64,000 nt of DNA from Tubulanus polymorphus (taxonomy: Eukaryota > Animalia > Nemertea). The notes under the pieces are model-generated. The model saw only the letters and a list, made by a program, of their open reading frames with translations, was not told where the DNA came from and searched no databases. Both the position numbers and the translations under genes were made by a program. This document shows, in pieces, positions 1-10,903 of this stretch. The number at the start of each line of letters is the position of its first letter. The stretch's first letter is position 1. The stretch lies in NCBI RefSeq assembly GCF_964204645.1, contig NC_134030.1, positions 4,196,778 to 4,260,777 on the forward strand. The letters are read 5' to 3'.

Positions 1-464
1 CACTCTTAATCATCGTTGGCATTTACTTTGCACGTTACTATGAACAGAAGCAACGTGTTAACAAAATAGTAGTTCTAAAGAGTTAAAGCTTAAAGCGATG
101 GTGGAACTAGATGAATACAGTCAAACTTGGTTAAGGCGCCAATGTGATCACATCTTTAAAAGTAATCAATATTTTCGAGTCCCAAATGTAAGTCGTCATT
201 TGTACAAGTCAACTACATGATGATGATCTCAAGTATGATCACTTTGACTGTATTTTCTCTTAAAGAATATAGTTGCCATGGCTCCAACTTTGGTCCGAAT
301 GTAACTGGAACAATCCTTGATATGAACGTTATGTACTTTATTTACTTAAAATACTAGGGCAGTCCCCTCATTAGTTTTATGGATGCTCTGCTCACCAGAG
401 GAATCTATTTTAAACATTACTAACACTTAAATCGTCACTTCGAGCAAAATAATACATTCCATTT

Positions 465-614
465 ACAGTAGGCTCCGTTCTAATCGGATCTGATCAACTC
501 GGATGATAACATTTAGCTCATGAGATTTCTGATCCTATACATGAATTATGTACAATCCATCTCTGAAAAATGTTCACAGTCTAAAAACATCCAACTCAAG
601 CGGAGTCTACTGTA
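465..614. mobile_element. MITE-like element, Tc1/mariner(pogo)-type ends
   Basis: Terminal inverted repeats TACAGTAGGCTCCG ... CGGAGTCTACTGTA (13/14 match), TA-flanked CAGT/ACTG ends, no coding capacity. Confidence 0.6.
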
Positions 615-3216
615 ATTTATCATTTCCCAGTTTTAAGGTCGCATTTGTGTTTACTGAATATTTATTAAAGTTGAGTTGAAATAGATTTTTATATATTTGT
701 TTAATCTTAATGTTTCATCATATTCTGATTTTAACATCTATTTATTTTATGTTCATCGCTCTTTGCGCAAATTAGTCTTTATTTTATCTGTGAGATTTGT
801 TTACTTTTTCTGCCGCTCTTCTAGATATTTGTGTCCGTGAGACGTTTTCACATTTTAGCATATTAAAAGATGGTTTTATATTTTTATCAAGACCAAAGTG
901 AATGATCAATTTCTATCAAAGTTTAATAGCATGTATGAGGGAACTTCTTGCGCCTTGAAAGTGCCATTAGCTTTTCGAATATAAACAAAACTTTTGTACC
1001 TTATATAAACTTGGTTAGAGGGTCTATTTTATATAGGAAAAATATGAACTAAATGCTATGTATTCACATAACTTAGGAATAAAATCGGCGTGTTATTTCA
1101 CAAAACAAATTTGTTTGACCTTGTTTTATTTTTTCTCTTTCACAGTGTCTCATACGATTGGTTGTTAAGGAATTCATGCACTGTTGTGGTCGCAAGGTGC
1201 TTGCGGTTTCCGGACCCAGATACGGACCAACAGAAGATCACTCTGAATAGATCGGTCCCTACCGGAGATTCAATTTTAATCGACTCTGAGCTCTTGTCGT
1301 TAATGGAAATCTATGACAAACCTCGCAGGGCTGAAACGCGTAGATATAAGATGGTTTAAAAAAGATTGAATGATATGAATTTTTCGTATTTATGGTACAA
1401 TCCAGATCAATTTAATCGGGTATCTACTGCCGTGGATTCGGGGCAAATTTTACGCAACGACATTATTAACAGACGTCACGGTGATCACACGCGGCATATT
1501 GCCTGTCTTAATTGGCGGTCAACCGTTACGTCAGATGTGACGTCACGTGAATAGGGTCTACGTCTGGTTATAAGCTTGGACTCTTTCTTTTAAGACTCCA
1601 TGATATAACTTAACTCATGTGTACTATATATACGACATGCTGCTCAGTATTTACAGCGCAAATTGTGATATTCATTGACTTTCATTTTATTATAAACTGG
1701 CCGCATTAACGTGTAGACTTCGCTTCCACGTAACATAATGTTTAGATAGTAAGGGGCCGCATTTGCCGGTTAGGTTTTATTTTCTTAATTTCGATGATAG
1801 CAAATTCTTTAACTATTTAACGTCATCAACATTTTCCGAAAGATTTCGTCACTAATTCAGTGATTTTTAGACGGAATAAACCTTAGATTACATTTAAAGG
1901 TTTACCGAAAGGTTTTTAGCATGTGAATGATTATGAAATGTCAGCGTTTAATCTGATGTTTTATTTATTGTTGTTGTTTTTTTTTTACGTCGATGTGATT
2001 GTTTTACTTCCAACAAACATAGAGGATAAACATCTAATAACGCCTTACGTGAAAATTAATCAATGACCCTTTTACACGTACAATGTACCGGTATAAATCA
2101 GATCGAAACGTTCTGATCTACTTGTAAGATTGTATGTATATAATACAAATCTTTTTTCTAAAAATTCAAACTTGATCTTGTTTATTTCAAACTCGGCGAG
2201 ATCGCGACGTTGCTGCTGCGCCGGTGATGATCAAACGGAATGAAAACAGTGTTATCTTTTTATCTTTTGACATTTCCACTTTGTTGGCGTATCGATTGAG
2301 AAGCGAATCCCTGGAAATGTGCCATCGGTGAAAAAATTAACCAGATGAAACGATGTCGATTCATGATGGGTTGATAAAAATGGCAGGTTCGAAAGGTAAT
2401 GATGAAAGGACAGCCGCGGTTTCACTCATGAATGTGAATTAACTGGTGACGTCGGTCGGTGCGTAACCTCGACAATCTGTGACGTTAAAGTTACACTGAT
2501 GTTCAGCGTAAATCAACACTGAATATACAAAATTGAATTGTCTCTTCTGAACCCATCGCGCGCTAATGTCGCTGGATCTATGGTTTTCTATTATCGCTAC
2601 GCGGGACACCGGACGATCTATTCATATCAGAAATTAAGATTTTGCTAAGATCTGGTTCTAAAGGCGAGGGAGATACTGTTGAAGCGGTTAACACGTCTTT
2701 TTGTCCATTGATTGATTTGATTGATTGATACCACGAATAAGCACCGGTAGCGAGCCGGCGATTGACTATCCATCAGCGTGGATATGTCCTAATTTGTACA
2801 GACAGTAAGACATGAAGAAATCAATCTCAAGATTGCTTTATCCGATCGATAGAAAAGTTTTCACTACCCTTCATATGGATTACATCAGACTCGTTGCAAA
2901 TCCCATTAAATACCTTTGTTAATTAAGTTGCTTATTAAAAAATTTATCTTGTTCTCATTACATCTACATATATTATATACAAATGTATTTGATTAACCCT
3001 AAACCTTTCATACACAGGCAAGAATACAGCGGTTCGAAGCATCATTGCATTGTGATCGTCGTAAATCGATAAAAAACGTTTCTTTCAATTTTTGATTGAA
3101 CCTTGGCGGAATCGTTCGAAGACGGTTTCACTAGTCTGTACCAGATCCGCCAGGCAGAGTTTAGAGTCATCGCCGACACTTATAATACGTGACTGGATCG
3201 AAGTCGGACTGTATAA

Positions 3217-5521
3217 TTAAAGGGCAACCCTTTCAGTTGTTTGTGTAGACTCGGCGGGTAAACGTCGATAGCAAAAAAATATTTCTTTGCGTAAATCGTC
3301 ATTAGTGCAGTAGTAAACGAATGGATTCACAATTACAATCGATTTGGCGAGAACCGGAGCTAGGATCGACCATTGGCTGTCGTGAATTGAATTGAGTCGG
3401 AACGCGCCTATAAACGACACGACTGCGTACGGAGTCCAGCAAACCAAAAAGGCACACACCATAACAACACTCATCTGAAAAGAAATATCGACACACAATC
3501 GATACGCACACAATTGAAGTGAAGTCAACCTTATTTTCAGAGAGCGGCTGGTGTTAGATAATGATAGCAAATTTGTGTTCTGATTTACTGCATATCAACG
3601 GTACGACTTACGATAGTGATTTTGTTTTCTGAATTTCTGATTTTTTGGGTCCTTTGTGTAGTTTTCGCGAATCGGCAATTACGACGACGAAGCCAAATGA
3701 TGATGGACGAATAGCAGTAAGCCATGACTGTTATGGGTATCAGGAACACGGCCAAAAACATTGAAACTATGAAGGCAACGTTAGCAGGCTTGTCGTTGTG
3801 CCAGTCCACGCTACATAACGTCTACCATGGAAGAAACAATTGAAAACAATCGTCGAAACTAGGACCTATGATTTTTGCCAATGTTGGCCTTTGTTCTTAC
3901 ATCGCCGAACAGTTTATGGTAATGATCATTGCGACATGAATTGATTAAAAGGGAGGAGATAGGCATACTTACTTTCTGCGGTTCGAGTTTGTAAGAGGAC
4001 CACCCGACAAGTGGAAACGTACTCCACATGATGCCATATAACCAAATTACTAAATTCACTATAGCAGCTTTCTGCATTGTATCCAAACAAAATACTGAAA
4101 ACAACGAAAGGACGGAGCATTTACTGCAAGTAAGTAGATATACCACCCACATCGGTGCAGAACAATTTTGGCGGTATAGAGAGTACGGCGGTATAGCGGG
4201 GATGTTTTACTATGTACTTGTATAGAGGTACATTGAGAAAACCTGGCGTAGGCGGGGGTGGCGGTTTATAGGAGGGCGGTATATCGGGGTTGACTGTATA
4301 TGTAATCTCAATCTAAGATGCTGGAGGAAGGAAGTTACCGCTGAATGGAAGTCGAACTCGTAAGTATCTGTCGACACTAATCGCTGTTAGATTGTTAATG
4401 GATATATTTCCCACGAGAAAACACAAGAAGCCGTAAACCTGGCATCCTTCATCGCCGAAATACCACGACACCTGAAAGAAAAAAATAAAAGAGGATCTCA
4501 ATTTTTCTTTCATTATGGCATATTGTTAATCACGTCGGTCTGAAATAGGGATTCAATTTCAAAAGATTAGTTCATTCACCACGGATTTCTAATTAATAGT
4601 AAAACTATTAATCCGGATTAGACCCATCTATGCGATTCATTGATACGTAGAAGTGATCTTCTTACCCTTAATACTTTGGCAAAATAATTAAGAAGTTGCA
4701 ATTGGAAAGCGATCCTACGTAATGATGTAACTGAAAGTGATGATATACACGCTACTACGATCAATGTCCCCGAAAGACAATATACCTTAAGTGAAGATAT
4801 GGCTGTCATTGGAATCGCCACAACGCAAGAGAACAAATCACCGATTGCCAAGTTCGCTAGGAATACATTCGTAGGCGTTCTCAGGGACGGAGTTCGTAAC
4901 CATGTTATCAGAAACAGTCCGTTGAAAACAGTTCCAGCGATACCTTGAAATCATTAAGTAAATTATCTGGAATGCATTTTAGCTCCTCTATCCGAATGAT
5001 ACGTAAATCATTAGATTTTAACATCGGAACTGTCAGAAAATAAACTTTTTCTTCGATCTACTTTGGATTTTTATTTGTTAGCTATACTGAGATTTGTATC
5101 AGTTCACTACAGTCACGAAACTCACGTACACAAATGACAGAAAACCTTTTAAAAATTAATCTTTGCGTAGAGTCAAAAAGGGTTAAAAATTCTTAAATCT
5201 TCCTATCGCTTGAAATTTTGTTTTCTTATCGCTAGAAATCAAGAATTTGCTGCGGATGTAAAAATATAAAGCACTCGTACAGGTATTAGTTATATCCCTT
5301 TTTCAGGGTCCAGAAAATGTGCCAGAACTGAGTGCGTTCAACATTTATTTGTAGCATCTCATTATCGCATATTATTATTGGTTTGAAGCTGATAGTAAAA
5401 TCTTCAATCGACTTAACAGAAACTATGAGATCTTACCTGTTAACACCATATAAATTCCTACAGCAATGCTCAATTCTGTACTCAAATGAACATCAACTAC
5501 TGCAGATGAGTTATTGTACAT
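3217..5521 (-). CDS. Opsin, group-4/tetraopsin (peropsin/Go-opsin-like), 6 exons, 321 aa
   Basis: Exons 5521-5437, 4943-4786, 4471-4339, 4094-3973, 3821-3612, 3474-3217, all GT-AG and phase-consistent (966 nt). Motifs: GxxFN in TM1, LANLAIGD, CQVYG, DRY, GWSSYKLEPQKTLCSVDW (E181-equivalent), CWTPY, retinal-binding Lys in LAKS, NPFVY; N-terminal NNS sequon. Confidence 0.92.
4135..4299. mobile_element. Tc1/mariner-type MITE copy in opsin intron 3
   Basis: Right end GGCGGTATATCGGGGTTGACTGTA; body matches in reverse orientation the element at 41319-41514; left TIR degenerate. Confidence 0.65.
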
Positions 5522-6536
5522 CGCCGACTGAACAGATACTGCTCCCGGGAGACGAGACAGGTCCCCGCTCAATGTCAATTACCGAGAAGTTACGGATTGA
5601 CTTCTATATTACCCGCAGGTGTTCCCGTAGTTGAATGAGTGTTAATGTTTTCGTCATGCTCGGTCTCATCTAGCATCGATAAGATGCGTTCAATTCGTGC
5701 GTTCAGATTGTTGTGGCGTCCCAGTGTGCCGGCTTTGTGCTGTGTCGTCTTTTCTTCAGACACTGCAGATATATGGAAAGCCTACGCAATTTAAGTACGG
5801 TATTCTTCTTACATATTGGAAACTAATCATCACCTCCATATTTATGAAATGCAACGATAATTGAGTATTTACTAGAACTCGAGCTTCACAGCCAAGATTG
5901 GATTACCCTTACCCAAGTCTAAGATCAGTCATAGGTTCACGGTCCCCGCTAGAAGACTTGATTCCACGCGATTTTTCTATTTTCCAAAACCGTTAACCTG
6001 AAAGTATTACTTACATGTACAATAACACTTAACCCAACATGATATATGCGTGTATGTAAAATTTATTCATTTATTTAGACCTTCGTTAAATCAAGAATTA
6101 ATCATTTAGAAGCCATATCAGAATCCGCGAGTAAAACCGAATTCAAAACTAGTCTTTCTCGCGCTATTGGCCTCTGGGTTTGGCCATTGGAGATAACGCC
6201 CTTATATGACCATTTTGTTTGGCCCGATCTTTAAACACATCATTAATAGATACATCATCAAACTAAACCTTCTTACATTCTTACATTTTACGTATCCGAA
6301 TTGACCTTTTGAAAATAAACATTAGATGATTTAGCTGTGAAGTCACGTAGTATTAGATACTAAGTGGCTAGTGGAGAATTTCTTAAATTACAATTACACG
6401 TTTTGGGCTCTAAGTATAAATGAGTGTCGCACGTTCGAGGAAGATTCTTCATGATATCGAAATGACTGCGTGAATTAAGATGGCACATTGACGTGACAGG
6501 GCTATTACTGATGAATACTAACTTACGTAACTCTAG

Positions 6537-7353
6537 TTATTCAATAGTAGTTTCACTCATACTTTCGTTGCCTTTATTATGATCCACATTTGCTGTATCC
6601 TTTTTCGCCGGCTGACTGTAATCGTACACCTTAGTTTTCTTTCTCTTAGATTTCAGAAAATCCCAAGCCTTCCAAGCGCCTACAATAGGCAAACCGATTA
6701 ATCTGTTTCTTGATAATACACCCATAACACAATACATACGATATAATGAATCATCGCTATTACGTTTGATTACAACCATGATGTGGTAAAATAACCAATT
6801 AAGACAAGTGTCCCGGGGTACATAGATTTTTTATTGTTTTCCTGGCTGGCATTTCGTTAAAACACTGACTCCTGATAGGTTAAAAGCACTGATATTTATT
6901 CAAGAATTTTTCATGTTCGTTTCGTAAAAAATAGTGTGGACAACACGCTCTGGTTTTGCACACTCTCTTTATCATGAAAATACAGTTATGATAATACATT
7001 TTTGTAAGTGATTTGATGTTAAACAGGCTAAGCTACGTATATATCATGACCAAGATTTGATAACGAACCTCCATACCCCACAAATGATAGATGATTTTTG
7101 AATATTTATTCAAAAAGATTTACCAAGACGTATATACAAGCTCGAAGTTTAAAAAACAGTTTTAACATTTACCTGTCGTCAATGATTCTCTGTTGTTTTC
7201 TTTATTCGTGATACATTTCACCAAAACACCGATGATTATCAAAATTTTCACTGCTGCTATTCCAAGTATATACAAATACAAGCGATCATTTGCGAGCGAT
7301 TCCGAACCGTCTTCCTCGAGCACAAGCGTCGTATTATTTGTTGGTTTTACCAT
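6537..7353 (-). CDS. Uncharacterised small single-pass membrane protein, 2 exons, 107 aa
   Basis: Exon 7353-7173 (MVKPTNNTT...LYLYILGIAAVKILIIIGVLVKC...LTTG|gtaaat) joins in phase 1 to exon 6679-6537 (ttgtag|...AWKAWDFLKSKRKKTKVYDYSQP...TTIE*); one hydrophobic helix, no signal peptide, N-terminal sequon. Confidence 0.6.
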
Positions 7354-8228
7354 CTCTTGTATCCTTTTAATGAGAAAAGAGCAGTCTCGTCAAAAATAAC
7401 ACTTATCATCACGCAATGTTGTAGCTTGTCTGTGACGCCGGACAGTTATCACGAAAACGGAACACAATTCCTCAGCCTTCAGGAACCTGCGAAACTGTGA
7501 GCGGTCAAATAGTGTCATGAAGTTAGTTTACAGGTGATTACTAGCACAACTGATTACAGGTCAAGAGTATCAGCCTCGAAACGCTCACGCGTCGTAGACT
7601 TGGTACCACCAATATCTGGCATTTTCTTTTCTACGCACCGAATTTCAGAGCAACTGGCGGCCGCTTTATGACACCGTTTTGCAGGACCGATGTAATAAAA
7701 TTAACTCAGCCCTAACTCACCTTGTCAATAGCGAATCTTGTAAGACTGAAGAACATCTTCCGTTTTTCTTACGATTTGATAATTCGTCGAGGAAAGATTA
7801 GGTGATTAAACTCGATCGATCGATTTTCACCGAATTTGCATTATAGTGTACGAAGGGATACGATACGAATTTCCTAATCGGTGATTAGCAGACATATGCT
7901 AGTTATCTTCGCCGCGTCTTGAATCCACGATTGCTTATTTCACCCGGTGTGTCACCTCGACCGAATAAAAGCGGTGAAAAAAATGCGTACCGAATCGTGT
8001 GATAGGCGGTCCCAGTTTTTGTACTGAATTCGGCTATTATATACGCCGAAGAAAGTCGCCTAGCCGGTCTCAAGCAGGGATGTCATTTACAGAAATGACC
8101 TACCATATTCCAGCACAGGTAATTTCTAATTTGCATACGGAATAACAAGTGATTATCACGCATTCATATAAGCAAGTTACTACGTTACTACTGTTGAAGT
8201 TACTACGTATGGTGATTTAAAAGCAATT

Positions 8229-10063
8229 TTATTCCATATAAATAGTATATACAGAACCAACAGCGAACAAGGAATTGTTTTTAAATGTGTAATCTGCACA
8301 TGTATCCACATTGGTGTCCCACATACAGCGACTCCCGATGGTTAAACCCTGGTCTTCCAACTGCCCGATATTGACGAGACAAATAATCTTATACCGCGGG
8401 GCTTTGATATGTTTCACCTTGATCTTGATAGCCTGAAGAAGGTTATAAAAATAAGCATATAACTGATAAAACAAAACAACTACAAAAAAAGAAATCGATT
8501 CGCTCTGACAATGTTCGCTTACGTCTGCTATAGTTTTTGAAAGTTGTTTGCATATTTCGGGATCGTATGGTTCATTTTGTAAATAGTGTTCCATCGTTTC
8601 TCTAATGATCTCCGTTGCGACGGTGTTCGGTACTTTTTTCGTCGGTTCAGTTCGGTAGTTGTTCTCGACGACGCGAACGTTCGACCGCAATCCCGCTTCC
8701 GATGACGGCTCGTCGGCGAACGAAACGGTGCTAACTGACCTGAAAAACAACGTTGTGGAATTTTTTAGAATATTTTCAAATTACATTGATGGTGGAATGT
8801 TCAATGTGAAAGATTTTATCTCACATTTTGCAGAATGCATACAGCCAGGCGCACTTCTTTGTAAGTACGTAGTCTCACAATCTTGAGCTACTGACTTTAT
8901 GCCATATATAAATGTAAAATTATGAAAGTGACCAGAAAAGTTATTACCCCAACTGTTTGATATCCATTGGGTCGAGCATAATGCACATTAGTAGATTTTA
9001 CTTAATCCAATAAAACGTTTGTAAACGTTGCAAAATGCGCTACACAGGAGACCGCAAATGCTATCCATTAACATCAAGAGTGAATCCAGTTTGACCGATG
9101 CTGGTTGCGGCTCTGAACTATTCATGCTAATGTTGTTACGAATTCAAATGAAGCCGTTTGAATTGTCATTAATAGTTTACGCTATAGAAACCGTAACGGA
9201 GGTTAATTTCCCGTTAGCATTCACTCGGTTATTGATGCGACGACGCGGAGGAAAGTGTCGCCATGTGAGGCCATCGCCATAAAATATCGGTATGAATTTT
9301 GTGTACCAGGATTTCGATCGATTGCCTGGTGGTCGCATTGTCGGTTGATAAAGGGACATATTTAATCATTGATGATCGGAATTATCAGACATGATTACAT
9401 GAGACATGAGAGGGTCGTTAGCTAAGATATTTATACCACCTATATTCATCGGTCCAATATAGCAGCGACAATTAGCGTACTGATCAGTACTACTTCTATA
9501 TGACAGGCACCGACGCTTCATTTGGGATAAATTGCAATGCAACGAATGACTGAGCAAACATGTCAAATCTTAATCATTAGAAGAAAGAGTCAACTAGGAA
9601 TAGTTGGTTTTTAACCAATATTATTGATCCCAAACTCACCCACGTTTAGCCGTTTGATGTCGTGGGTGGTGGTTATTATCGCTCGTCTGAGATGACACGT
9701 GACTGTGTCTGCGCCTGCGCAAAAGCATGGCAGCTCGGTCACGTGCCATGACGTCGGAAGTGGAAGTCTTGATAGACGATCGTCTTTCAGCCACTGAAAT
9801 AAAAAGACACGATAAAAGAAAAAGGCGAATGCCTGAAAACTACGAAATGCCTGACGTTTTTCCAACGATTTAGATTTTGTCTTGATAACAAGCATGACCT
9901 AGAATCATGATCTTTCAAAATTATCGACGTTAATTTCAATAGAACCAAAAACAAATGAAAACACGGAAAATATCAGTGCTTATGCATTCATAATTTCTAA
10001 TCATTTTGCTAACTATTACATCACATCACATCACATCACACATGTCGCTGTCTAAAACTTACT
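8229..10063 (-). CDS. TCTEX1D1: Tctex1-domain dynein light chain, TCTEX1D1/DYNLT5-like
   Basis: Exons 9793-9640, 8739-8523, 8432-8229, plus the A of ATG at 10063. ENNYRTEP, YDPEICKQLSKTIAD, PRYKIICLVNIGQ, GSRCMWD and NNSLFAVGSVYTIYME are Tctex-1 domain hallmarks; N-terminal SDVMARDRAAMLLRRRR and SVSTVSFADEP resemble TCTEX1D1. Confidence 0.85.
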
Positions 10064-10158
10064 TTCTGCTCCCGACAGCAAACGATGACGGTTCACTCTT
10101 CTCTGATAATGTCACGACAGCAGTACATATGAAGCTTTGTTTGTAGCTGCTTGGGGGT

Positions 10159-10177
10159 TGTTTACATATTGTAAACA
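10159..10177. promoter_or_regulatory. Inverted pair of forkhead-type sites upstream of the Tctex gene
   Basis: TGTTTACA-TAT-TGTAAACA palindrome containing two GTAAACA forkhead cores about 100 nt 5' of the first donor site. Confidence 0.3.
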
Positions 10178-10903
10178 TCGCTGCAGTAACCTTTATTAGA
10201 GTTTAACAAAGAAAACAAAGGTCTTTATTAGGCGGGTTCGTAGCAGCGTCATAAACAGTAATAGTGCTCGCTACTCGTTTATGGCCTCTGTATATGATAA
10301 AACGAAACAACTATTGTGGCCCTAATGAATTATTGCCGGCCCTGAGCTAATTATTAATAGAGGTGTAACCAAGCAGTTCAGGCGTCATAAGCAGGGTTGA
10401 TTAATGTCCTTTGTTGATACCGATAGTTTGAAATATAATGTTTCTCCGGACGTTAGTCTCTTAGAATACTTTAATACCCAAATACAATCGAAACTTCCGT
10501 AATGTCAGTTATTTCTGGCCTTGCGGTAATAATGATTCGATCCAGTCAGTGCCACTTGAGCGAGAAAGATCTGTCCATCTTTTTTTTCTATTACTTCATT
10601 GGGCTTTTTTTCTAATCTAACTTGCATATTTGCTATGCTATTTTTTATTTGCTTTGAAAAAACATATGACGTTATTATCATTACCTGTTTCTAGTGTGCC
10701 ACGAACCGTAACGTTAAGATATTCTTAGATTTCAATAAGCTGTCGTATCAAAGTAAATCTTAAGCCGTAAACTGACCCCGTTCTATTGACGAAACATGGA
10801 CAATTCCACCAATTCAAAAGAGTTTTAACTTTATCAACGAGGTATAAACATTTACGAGACATTTTCAGTTGAAATTCTACGCTGCGAAGTCTACTCGTTC
10901 ACT

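Noticed and set aside
1090-1560. Short ORFs with a faint THAP-like SCTVV...LRFP stretch and a TIR-like end GTGAATAGGGTCTA
   Set aside because: Non-ATG starts, incomplete motif, no matching opposite TIR found; at most a decayed transposon
6820-6872. Alternative middle/terminal exon for the small membrane protein
   Set aside because: Acceptor lacks a strong pyrimidine tract and gives a stop after 13 codons; the 6679 exon is the better model
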